From the IMG/VR virus record IMGVR_UViG_3300014202_000529, positions 104,790 through 168,789 of that record: 64,000 bases of DNA; one strand, written 5' to 3'. Shown here piece after piece: positions 27,472 to 35,523 of the stretch. Every line of letters starts with the position of its first letter. The stretch's first letter is position 1. The DNA comes from a virus (taxonomy: Duplodnaviria > Caudoviricetes). Position numbers and translations under genes: made by a program. Under the pieces are notes generated by a model. The model ran no database searches. It worked only from the letters and a program-made list of their open reading frames with translations, and was not told the DNA's origin.

Positions 27472-27895
27472 CGCTTCGCGTCTTCGATGTTCTATTTTAA
27501 ATTATTGTGGGTAGAAAGATTCCCTAGAATCCATGACCAGTGACAACTATTGTTGCAGGTCAAGTCCACCAGAAAATCTGGTGACATCATCAAGTGGAAT
27601 TTGATGCCGGGTGCGAGCCGTGGTCTCTATCCACTGATTAAGGACACTCCTACTTATTTGTAGGTAGTTACTTCATGAAGAGACGGTGTTGTGTTACCGC
27701 GAGTAGGTTCCTCGATCACCCCAGTCGGTTGACTGCTCTGTTTCATCCTGGTTGCTTGTAAACATAAACCCAACCACCGGAACGGTAGAATTTAGTGATT
27801 CATGAAGACTTATCCACTAAACCCCTTCACTCTTTTTCAAGTGAGTCACTTAATTTAGAACGGATGACTATTATTCATAATATAAATTATATGAA
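27472..27895. ncRNA. Candidate large structured non-coding element (ncRNA or ssDNA-structured origin)
   Basis: Largest intergenic gap in the window; about 14 short stem-loops in series; no ORF in the sense direction. Confidence 0.55.
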
Positions 27896-27913
27896 ATGTA
27901 TGGGTGGTATTGT

Positions 27914-28213
27914 TTACTCATCAGGAAATGGTGAATTTAATACCTTATCCTCTTCTATTTGTCTCTGTTTTATTATTTTATTTAATGCTTGTTTTTCATA
28001 TTTTTTAATATCTTTTGATATATTTTGACTTTGTATGTTACGAAGCTCTGTTATTTTATAGGTCAGGTCTTTCTGGTTGAGATTATAATCATTTAAAAAA
28101 CTAAACCATACCTTCTGGTCTTTTTTGGGGATAATTTGAAACACCAATGCTTTATAGAATTTCACTTGTTTTTCTGATGGAGGTTTGATCAACCTATGGT
28201 GTATGGTATTCAT
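27914..28213 (-). CDS. AT-rich basic hypothetical protein (99 aa), leaderless
   Basis: PPSEKQVKFYKAL motif; own sigma70 promoter directly upstream; no SD. Confidence 0.65.
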   Translation of the reverse strand: MNTIHHRLIKPPSEKQVKFYKALVFQIIPKKDQKVWFSFLNDYNLNQKDLTYKITELRNIQSQNISKDIKKYEKQALNKIIKQRQIEEDKVLNSPFPDE

Positions 28214-28221
28214 TGCCCAAT

Positions 28222-28250
28222 ATTGTATATTATTAACTAATCAATGTCAA
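28222..28250 (-). promoter_or_regulatory. sigma70-type promoter
   Basis: TTGACA-N17-TACAAT; -10 box ends 8 nt before the ATG at 28213. Confidence 0.75.
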
Positions 28251-28253
28251 GAC

Positions 28254-28652
28254 TTATTTTGGGAGTTTTTTGCCGATGGTATATTTTGCAACAAGTTTCC
28301 AATCTGGTTTTTCCTTGAATGATAGAATCTTGATATGATGCAGGGGACATGTTTCAACAATAACCCCAGTGTTAATGACCTTCACCAACCCCCATTCCTC
28401 TAGAAGCTTTGCAATGGTGTTACGACGCGAGATATCGCTATCACTGATTGTTGATGGTTTTCCATCTAACGCAAAAAGTTCCTTAAAATGGCAGATATAA
28501 TACTTTCCGCGCTTATGGAGAATGTGACATGATTGATAGATGATTTTATCGTTCTGGGATGCAACACCAATTCGACTGAGTGTTTCGCGTACTTTATGGA
28601 AATCATCTGGAGTAGGTAGGGACACTTCTATAAATGTGGAAAGATCAATCAT
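28254..28652 (-). CDS. regA: Translational repressor RegA
   Basis: DDFHKVRETLSRIGVAS...QSCHILHKRGKYYICHFKELF. Confidence 0.95.
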   Translation of the reverse strand: MIDLSTFIEVSLPTPDDFHKVRETLSRIGVASQNDKIIYQSCHILHKRGKYYICHFKELFALDGKPSTISDSDISRRNTIAKLLEEWGLVKVINTGVIVETCPLHHIKILSFKEKPDWKLVAKYTIGKKLPK

Positions 28653-28673
28653 GGTACACCATCCATTACGTCA

Positions 28674-29060
28674 TTATGTTTTTTGATTCCCTCCCTTATC
28701 TGTTACCTTTAGAACCTGCTGTATTTGTTCTCTAGTGAGAGCGCGAAGGATTTCAAATGCTTTCGTATTTGAGCATTCAAATAGGTCTTTGATCGCTTCG
28801 ATCTGCTCATTAGTTTCAGGTTTAACAAACTTATGGTAAGGGCGTTTCTTTTTACGAATTATATTTATAAAATAGTGGAATTGCAGCTTTTTATCTATAT
28901 GATGACTCTTATTCATTTCATTTGCGGGTAAGATACAATCTAATTCGTAGGAAAGTGCTCGATTGGTGATGAATGGAATATATTCCTTCTCCGTTTGGGG
29001 GTCCACCATCACATCTTGCTTACCAGACTGGATTTGGGCGACGAAATCAAATGGTTTCAT
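28674..29060 (-). CDS. gp62: Clamp loader small subunit (gp62-like)
   Basis: YIPFITNRALS, ANEMN, QFHYFINIIRKKKR; start set at MKPFDF. Confidence 0.88.
   Translation of the reverse strand: MKPFDFVAQIQSGKQDVMVDPQTEKEYIPFITNRALSYELDCILPANEMNKSHHIDKKLQFHYFINIIRKKKRPYHKFVKPETNEQIEAIKDLFECSNTKAFEILRALTREQIQQVLKVTDKGGNQKT
28862..28869 (-). promoter_or_regulatory. Late promoter inside gp62, upstream of regA
   Basis: TATAAATA within the FINI codons. Confidence 0.5.
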
Positions 29061-29557
29061 AATGAGAGCCGTTGGGGTTTGGTTGAACCTTTGATGTAAA
29101 GGGGGTGTCTGGGGTACCCTTCCTTGGTGGTCCCCAGGCAATGCAATTCTGCCTGTCTGAGGACGTTATACACTTCATTGGGGAGACCGAGCTTGCAGGT
29201 TTGGTTGGAAACCTTAAATGCACCCCATGCTGCAATGGTTAATTGAGACGATTGAATGGCATTTTGTATGTGCATGGGGTTTTCCCTACCAATAGGATCT
29301 TGGATGGTAAGTAACCCCTTGGGGTCTGTTGAGCGAAGTGCATAGACATTTACGATGATTAACCCACTGTACCCCCAATTTTGAGAAAATGAGATACATC
29401 GCCTGATTGTTGGATCATCTTGGTAAGCATCTGCGGTAGATGGGTTAAGCATAACCCATGTAACTGTACCATTCATTTCAAGTGAAGGCCAAGAGCGGGT
29501 AAGGAGATATCGGTATTTTTCTGTTGGGTCAAATATTGCCGTACCTAGTTGGGGCAT
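29057..29557 (-). CDS. DUF1643-family protein
   Basis: YRYLL.R.W, MLNPSTAD...DPTIRRC, IAAWG, PRHPLY. Confidence 0.85.
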   Translation of the reverse strand: MPQLGTAIFDPTEKYRYLLTRSWPSLEMNGTVTWVMLNPSTADAYQDDPTIRRCISFSQNWGYSGLIIVNVYALRSTDPKGLLTIQDPIGRENPMHIQNAIQSSQLTIAAWGAFKVSNQTCKLGLPNEVYNVLRQAELHCLGTTKEGYPRHPLYIKGSTKPQRLSL

Positions 29558-30495
29558 TATAAAAACTCGCACTGTAACATGAGTTCGGTGAGTGCTGCCA
29601 TCGTATTGATTTCTTGATCTGCAACAAATGCTTGTTTGTACTGATAGTCTGCAATGATAACGACTGCTTGAGGAATAGATTCCTTCTTCAGGACATCATA
29701 GAGACTGTTATAGATTTTACGATAGAATGATTGAGGGTCTAGTTCATGACTTGCAACCCACCTGCGAAGTGAGCCATAGTCTTTATCCTTCATATACTGA
29801 ATAACTTCTGCTATTTCAACGTCCCCTAGATGAGCGAGAATGCCAGTGTCTATCTTACCAAACTGGGAATATCGTTGCAGCTCGTTGATGATTCGCCGGA
29901 AGTCTGGGAAGAATTTCTTAACAAATTCAGCAAGAACCCGTTTATCATATGTGATATTTTCAGCTTTTAGAATGTTCTGGACCCGCTCAAAGAACATTGC
30001 TGCCATTTTCTGTTTCTCATCCCCCTTCAGTGAGAATTCGACAACAGAACAGCGAGAGTGGAGAGGTTCTATGATTTTATTTTTGAAATTACATGTAAAG
30101 ATGAAAGAACAATTTCCAGCAAATTCTTCCATTGCATTTCTAAGTGCTGGTTGGGTGGAGTTTGGATTTAAATAATCCGCTTCGTCAATAATGATAACTT
30201 TTCGTCCACCCGCCAGCGACATAGAAGAAGCATAGTTTTTTATTTTTGTGCGGAAGGTCTCAATCCCCGATTCATCAGATCCGTTGATGACAATAAAATC
30301 ACACCCAATTTGGTTGCACATTGCTTTTGCTATGGTGGTCTTACCGACACCAGCACCACCAGCTAAAAGAAGATTGGGTATGGTAGAGTTTCGAACGTAT
30401 TCAGAGAAAGGATGTTTTAACCTCTCTGGGAGAATACATTCCTCAACAGTTTTTGGACGATACTTCTCTGCCCACAAAATATGTGTGATACTCAT
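29557..30495 (-). CDS. gp44: Clamp loader large subunit (gp44-like)
   Basis: WAEKYRP, GVGKTT, IIDEAD, LHSRC, FPDFRR. Confidence 0.96.
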   Translation of the reverse strand: MSITHILWAEKYRPKTVEECILPERLKHPFSEYVRNSTIPNLLLAGGAGVGKTTIAKAMCNQIGCDFIVINGSDESGIETFRTKIKNYASSMSLAGGRKVIIIDEADYLNPNSTQPALRNAMEEFAGNCSFIFTCNFKNKIIEPLHSRCSVVEFSLKGDEKQKMAAMFFERVQNILKAENITYDKRVLAEFVKKFFPDFRRIINELQRYSQFGKIDTGILAHLGDVEIAEVIQYMKDKDYGSLRRWVASHELDPQSFYRKIYNSLYDVLKKESIPQAVVIIADYQYKQAFVADQEINTMAALTELMLQCEFL

Positions 30496-30514
30496 ATGCT
30501 TCCTTATTTTGAAC

Positions 30515-31177
30515 TTACTTCGTCTTAGCGTCCAAAGCAACCCAATAGGTAATCTTCCTAGACTGATGTTCAAAGGATGAGATTCCTTTTGAGGAAATGG
30601 TTACTTTGTAGGTACCGGGCAACATTTTCCAATTTTCGGTCTTAAAGAGGAAAAACACAGGGTCTCCTGTGTATGTTGCAACCTCTAACGAATCTGCTGC
30701 TTCAGAATCATTGGTTGCATCGTAGGTGTTAATGAACACCTTTCCATTTTCCCCAACAACAGCGATGTTAGGACTCTTGAGGACGGAAGCTGCTCGCATG
30801 ACCCAGTTGAAATCATCCTCAGTGAGGACGAAACTGATATCATCGCTTGGTACTGTTATGCCGTTTGTGGGCACTCCCTTGAGATTTTCTTCCGCACAAC
30901 AACGATAGACGATAGTGCTTCGACCGCCTTGAATAACAATGTTGTTTCCCTTGATGGTGAGTTCTGGTGTAGCTTTATGGAGAGATAGAATAGAGAGGAA
31001 TTGATTCAGTTCATAAATGCCAAAATCTGTAGGGATTTCCTCATCAATGACCGCTTCTGCGAGGATGGACTTTTCCCTATTCATCGTTCGAAGGAGATTT
31101 CCGGTTCGAAAGAATAAGGAAGTGTTAATGGTTGTGAAATTCTTCAGGACGGTTAGCGTATTCTCTGACAACAACAT
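30515..31177 (-). CDS. gp45: Sliding clamp (gp45-like)
   Basis: LSENTLTVLKNF..IN, FGIYELNQFL, YWVALD. Confidence 0.93.
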   Translation of the reverse strand: MLLSENTLTVLKNFTTINTSLFFRTGNLLRTMNREKSILAEAVIDEEIPTDFGIYELNQFLSILSLHKATPELTIKGNNIVIQGGRSTIVYRCCAEENLKGVPTNGITVPSDDISFVLTEDDFNWVMRAASVLKSPNIAVVGENGKVFINTYDATNDSEAADSLEVATYTGDPVFFLFKTENWKMLPGTYKVTISSKGISSFEHQSRKITYWVALDAKTK

Positions 31178-31209
31178 AAATCACCCCACAGGTTAATAAT
31201 AATGTAGAT

Positions 31210-31238
31210 ATTATAAAGGAGCGCCCAACGAATGTCAA
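31210..31238 (-). promoter_or_regulatory. sigma70 consensus promoter for the gp45 operon
   Basis: TTGACA-N17-TATAAT. Confidence 0.85.
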
Positions 31239-31897
31239 TCCCCAAGAGGGGTCTTATCTTTAAAAAAACTCTTAACGAGATAATGAAAATGAAAAAACGC
31301 AACAGCATCCTCTAGATCTTGAAGGGACCCATCATTATAGATGATATGATCCGGTCTAACACCAATCCAATTCCATTCGGAAATATGAATTCCCAATTCC
31401 TTCATTTTTAGTTGAGCTTCAACGTCGCCCTGATTAGCAAGACTTGCTGTATCATACCATTCAGGTAGATTTCCACGCTGAACATGAATGATTATTCCAT
31501 TATTTTCTTTGACTAATTTAATCTCATTTCTAAAACGAACATCGGTAATAACAGTATCTCTGTTTTCAGAACGTTTGAGAAGTGATATGACCCACAGATC
31601 ACTGTGGAATACGTCTCTACCTGCTTCTGTCCCCATGAGCTGCAATGCCAATCGTGGGGTAAATGGTTTGCCAAATTTCTCAGACCAAAATTTATCCGGT
31701 TGCTCTCTCCACTCTCTAGATTCTTTTGTTGCACCCTCAAGTAGAGTTCGGTCCCAGCCAAAAATTTTTGCCACTGCATCCTTCAATGGTGCTGCAAATG
31801 AATCCTGAACAAACCCATACTTTTCAGCAAGGATGTTTCCGACTGTTCCCTTCCCGCAACCAATGAATCCAACAATACCTATGAGCATAGATCGCAT
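31235..31897 (-). CDS. Deoxynucleoside monophosphate kinase (T4 gp1-like)
   Basis: GFIGCGKGT, SFAAPLKD, TPRLALQLMGTE, ITDVRFRNE, HISE. Confidence 0.9.
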   Translation of the reverse strand: MRSMLIGIVGFIGCGKGTVGNILAEKYGFVQDSFAAPLKDAVAKIFGWDRTLLEGATKESREWREQPDKFWSEKFGKPFTPRLALQLMGTEAGRDVFHSDLWVISLLKRSENRDTVITDVRFRNEIKLVKENNGIIIHVQRGNLPEWYDTASLANQGDVEAQLKMKELGIHISEWNWIGVRPDHIIYNDGSLQDLEDAVAFFHFHYLVKSFFKDKTPLGD

Positions 31898-31900
31898 AGT

Positions 31901-32059
31901 TCACCTTGTTACAAGTTTAAATTCGATTTCGGTGGCATCAAATGATTCTTGTGTACGTTCTTTATACTCCTCTAGAAATGTCCATCGTCCCTTGTTTTGG
32001 GCAGTGCCAATTAACTGCCCCCTGTGATAAACTTCAAACATGAGTTGTTTGACCTTCAT
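31901..32059 (-). CDS. Small hypothetical protein (52 aa)
   Basis: Manual translation MKVKQLMFEVYHRGQLIG...EFKLVTR; fills the gap exactly. Confidence 0.55.
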   Translation of the reverse strand: MKVKQLMFEVYHRGQLIGTAQNKGRWTFLEEYKERTQESFDATEIEFKLVTR

Positions 32060-32854
32060 TTATAATCTCCCGGTTAACTCTGCAATCTTTGGCATGTTTC
32101 CGGTAAAAGCGTAGGTCCCAACATGTTGTGTTTGAATCCAAGGACACAACCAAATTTTTCCACCAATTGCCCGCCACCATTGACAAAACATATAATCCTC
32201 AGAAAGATATCGTTCGCTCTGAGGGTCAATGACCGTATCGAAGTACGCATGAATATACCTCGTACCATCAAAGTTCTTCTGCCCAACATGGTCTGGACGG
32301 TATTTCTTATGTGGGTATGCTTCTGCCCATTTCCCAAAGACTTCCCGCTTAATGAGCATATATCCAGTGCCAATTTCCATCACTTCCAATGGTTCTGATA
32401 CCTGAAACTTTTCGGTTCCTTTGACCACATTGAACACATAATCACCAACAAGATTTTCGAGCGCCTTGGGGTCCAGGTCTGGATGGTTGCGAGCTGCTTG
32501 AGCAACGTTGTTCCAATTGATTGCCTTCTTGGGATATGGTGCACCAATGACATCCTTATCTAACGCAAGCATAGCAATGATGTCTTGGGGGTTGTAGTGA
32601 ATGTCTGAGTCAATAAACAACAAGTGGGTGAAGTCACTTCGAAGGAATTCATCAACCAGGTAGTTTCTTGCCCTGGTAATGAGAGATTCGTTGAATATGA
32701 ATGAAAAGCGCGATTGGATTCCATACTGCATAAAACAGGTTTGAAGGTCCAAGCTTGACTTCATGTACATTCCATGACACTGACCACCATACATTGGTGT
32801 TGCAATGAACACCTTATGATTGCGAAGAACATCAAGATTAATTTGAATTTCCAC
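32060..32854 (-). CDS. GT-A fold glycosyltransferase-like phage protein
   Basis: IATPMYGG, NESLITRARN, FIDSDI, GTGYMLIKR, LSEDYMFC. Confidence 0.75.
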   Translation of the reverse strand: MEIQINLDVLRNHKVFIATPMYGGQCHGMYMKSSLDLQTCFMQYGIQSRFSFIFNESLITRARNYLVDEFLRSDFTHLLFIDSDIHYNPQDIIAMLALDKDVIGAPYPKKAINWNNVAQAARNHPDLDPKALENLVGDYVFNVVKGTEKFQVSEPLEVMEIGTGYMLIKREVFGKWAEAYPHKKYRPDHVGQKNFDGTRYIHAYFDTVIDPQSERYLSEDYMFCQWWRAIGGKIWLCPWIQTQHVGTYAFTGNMPKIAELTGRL

Positions 32855-32868
32855 TTCAAACCTCCATT

Positions 32869-33327
32869 TTATAAATTATACCAATAAGGAATCTCTACAT
32901 TTTTCCACACCGCGAAATCTTTCTTATAACGTATATAGTACGACCGATACGATTCCACCACTGATTCAGTTTTACACTCATCTGGCATACAAAGAGGATG
33001 TTGGGTTAACCTGTTATTTTTAAATATTAATTCATCTTTATGCGACGAGCACCACTCAATGACGGATTGAGACTTATGAACCTTACCATACCGGTTGGTA
33101 TACTCTTTACATAAAGATTCACCATGACTGATGAGCCACTGATAATTACCAAGACTTTCCCTTGTCCACACTGAACATGGATGATTATAGTGGGTCCTTT
33201 TGTATGGTGCACTGCTGAACACACTACAAAGCAGTTGAGCGGTTTCTAAGCACATCTTGACTATATGTTTATCGCATTGATATTTGGCAGCTATGGTTGG
33301 ATCGCTATCGAGGACAAAAATATTCAT
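32869..33327 (-). CDS. Pyrimidine-dimer glycosylase (DenV) superfamily-like protein
   Basis: MNIFVLD, CDKHIVKM.LETAQLL, HYNHPCSVW. Confidence 0.7.
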   Translation of the reverse strand: MNIFVLDSDPTIAAKYQCDKHIVKMCLETAQLLCSVFSSAPYKRTHYNHPCSVWTRESLGNYQWLISHGESLCKEYTNRYGKVHKSQSVIEWCSSHKDELIFKNNRLTQHPLCMPDECKTESVVESYRSYYIRYKKDFAVWKNVEIPYWYNL

Positions 33328-33779
33328 TATATTGTCCGTATCCTGACACCCGATTCCTGCAGCATCGATCTGCTAATTTCAGCTTTCTCTTGCCATCTAT
33401 CTATAGTTTCAGCTTGCAAACAAATAACTTCTTTGATACCTGCTTGAATAACCGACTTACAACACTCTGGACAAACGGCAGGAATCATTAGTGTCGGCCA
33501 AACATAAATGGAACAACCGGCGAGTGATTTATTTGAATTGTGAATGGCATTTATTTCCGCATGTACGATTAGTTGGTATTTGAGTTCCCTATCAGAATAT
33601 CTTTGGGGCAAATCTTTTACCCCACGTGGAAATCCGTTGTACCCCATACCGCAAACAATATTGTTCTTATCAACAATGATTGCACCAACTTTTGTGCTGG
33701 GATCTTTGCTCCATGAGCTAATATGCTTGGCGAGTTCTATGAACCGATGGTCCCATTTTCTTATCTCAGATAGTTTCAT
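33327..33779 (-). CDS. cd: dCMP deaminase
   Basis: SKDPSTKVGA, GYNGFPRG, HAEINA, CPEC. Confidence 0.93.
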   Translation of the reverse strand: MKLSEIRKWDHRFIELAKHISSWSKDPSTKVGAIIVDKNNIVCGMGYNGFPRGVKDLPQRYSDRELKYQLIVHAEINAIHNSNKSLAGCSIYVWPTLMIPAVCPECCKSVIQAGIKEVICLQAETIDRWQEKAEISRSMLQESGVRIRTI

Positions 33780-33796
33780 ACTGTTCCTTATGTGAG

Positions 33797-33865
33797 AAAA
33801 CGGGGGCTCATCATTGCAATGAACCCCCGCTGAGGACTGAAACGAACTTTGAAGGTTCGTGTCCT
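33797..33865 (-). terminator. Double hairpin ending in an intrinsic terminator
   Basis: AGGAC-ACGAAC...GTTCGT-GTCCT stem (33833-33865), then CGGGGG...CCCCCG stem (33801-33829) followed by TTTT on the minus strand. Confidence 0.65.
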
Positions 33866-33867
33866 AA

Positions 33868-34140
33868 TTACTTTTGTACCTGAACTCCGCGAGCTTTACA
33901 ACGTTGAACGAAAGAACGAGAAGGGGTACCAAGACGATACACCTTAACCTTACTTCCATCACCGCGGCGGCGGGTGTTCAAGTAAATCGGGAAACCCTCA
34001 GCACGAAGGTCTGAAACGACCTGTGTAATGCCGACGATACCGAAATAGTTACGACCCTGGGCAACACTGAATGTATTGCGACCACTGGTCTTTTTAAGGA
34101 AGGAAATAACGCGGGACTTTGCTGAAGCATTACGAGCCAT
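33868..34140 (-). CDS. Small basic winged-helix-like protein
   Basis: SVAQGRNYFGI...VSDLRAEGFPIYLN...YRLGTPSR; own promoter and terminator. Confidence 0.7.
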   Translation of the reverse strand: MARNASAKSRVISFLKKTSGRNTFSVAQGRNYFGIVGITQVVSDLRAEGFPIYLNTRRRGDGSKVKVYRLGTPSRSFVQRCKARGVQVQK

Positions 34141-34208
34141 AAAAACCTCACTGGTGTTAGACTGGGGCACAGATAAAAAGGAGCGGCCCCTTCCTCCATA
34201 ACGCGAGT

Positions 34209-34237
34209 ATTATATCAAAGTCAATACCCAATGTCAA
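34209..34237 (-). promoter_or_regulatory. sigma70 consensus promoter
   Basis: TTGACA-N17-TATAAT. Confidence 0.85.
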
Positions 34238-34240
34238 CAA

Positions 34241-35449
34241 TTAAAATGTAGGAATTTCTGTTTCTGGTGGTGCATCCTTAGATTCCACCGGTTCATTCGC
34301 CGACACTACACTGGCATCGATCTTCGAATACAGATCCAAGAATGATTTCTTTGTCTGATCATCGAACCGATTTAAGCAATATGTGATTGCTTTCAATCGA
34401 CTGGAGAAAATTGGGTACGCTCTTGCGATATGCACCAATCTCCTAGTTGAAATGACTTCTGATGCAGCACCATCAATAAACGCTTTCCTGATGGTAGTTG
34501 CCCAGACAATCAAGAAGTTTCCAAACTCATCATCTTGCTTTCCTGCGTACTCCAATTCTTTCTTGATAATTTTCTTTTCGATGTTGTTTGGTGGCCATTC
34601 CTGTTCGAAGGTGATAGGAAACCGCTCAAGAAATGCCTCATTCAACACATTGGTATAGATGTAGCGCCCATCTTCTGATCCTTTTCCCTTTGTGTTTGCT
34701 GTAGCAATGATTTGAAATCCTTCCTTGGGGTGAATAATTTCACCTTTCTTCTTAAGAAGGAACGGTTTCCCTTCAAGAACTCGCTGTAACGCTGAGAGGT
34801 TCTGTGCCCCATAGTCAATTTCATCGACACAAAGAACAGCACCCCGGCGAGCTGCAACCGTTACCGGACCATCTTTCCACACCATTTCATTGTTGATCAA
34901 GACAAACCCACCAAGAAGGTCTCCCTCATCGGTATCCGATGTCATGCTGTAGCAAATAAATTCCCGGTTAAGTAATGCACAGACCTGCTCAACCGACATG
35001 GATTTGCCGTTTCCTGATGGTCCAGTAATGAGCACAGGGTAAAATTGCTTCGATGCAATGATTGATTTGAGATCGTCAAAGTTTCCGAATGGGACATAAT
35101 TCCGGTATCGTTCCGGCACAATACCCTGTTCCTCCATATCAGTCACCACAGATCGGATATGGTTCCTTTTTGAAGGTGCTGCAACTTCCAATACAAGATC
35201 CGCTTCTTCCTCGTTTTCTACATCATCCTCGATGTGTGAAAAACTAAACTCGTCAATGTGTTTGGGAACTCGGTAAACACCACGTTGCAGCTTTACTGCT
35301 TCATTCTTCCTAAACCATTGGGGGACTTTGATTCCATTGACTTCACATAGTTCTCTTAGCTCTGGGGTTGTAATCGTGACTTTTCCTGTTGCAATCAGGA
35401 TTTCAAGAAAATGTTTGCGAGCATCACTATGAACGTTAAAAGAACTCAT
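34241..35449 (-). CDS. MoxR/CobS-like AAA+ ATPase
   Basis: GPSGNGKS, DEID, TANTKGKGS, NVLNEAFLERF, STRRLVHI. Confidence 0.9.
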   Translation of the reverse strand: MSSFNVHSDARKHFLEILIATGKVTITTPELRELCEVNGIKVPQWFRKNEAVKLQRGVYRVPKHIDEFSFSHIEDDVENEEEADLVLEVAAPSKRNHIRSVVTDMEEQGIVPERYRNYVPFGNFDDLKSIIASKQFYPVLITGPSGNGKSMSVEQVCALLNREFICYSMTSDTDEGDLLGGFVLINNEMVWKDGPVTVAARRGAVLCVDEIDYGAQNLSALQRVLEGKPFLLKKKGEIIHPKEGFQIIATANTKGKGSEDGRYIYTNVLNEAFLERFPITFEQEWPPNNIEKKIIKKELEYAGKQDDEFGNFLIVWATTIRKAFIDGAASEVISTRRLVHIARAYPIFSSRLKAITYCLNRFDDQTKKSFLDLYSKIDASVVSANEPVESKDAPPETEIPTF

Positions 35450-35491
35450 GATATAAAGATCCTCCAATTGTTAATGAGTCATTATGTTTTG

Positions 35492-35520
35492 AGTATATAC
35501 CGGCACATTTCATTTGTCAA
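35492..35520 (-). promoter_or_regulatory. sigma70-type promoter
   Basis: TTGACA-N17-TATACT. Confidence 0.8.
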
Positions 35521-35523
35521 CTA

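Noticed and set aside
27611-27640. GTGCG and GAGCCG resembling a group II intron 5' end and domain V
   Set aside because: No complete domain V/VI hairpin, no interrupted gene and no RT ORF
27451-27913. CRISPR array, tRNA or tmRNA in the large gap
   Set aside because: No regularly spaced direct repeats, and no T-loop GTTCRA with acceptor stem or CCA end recognised
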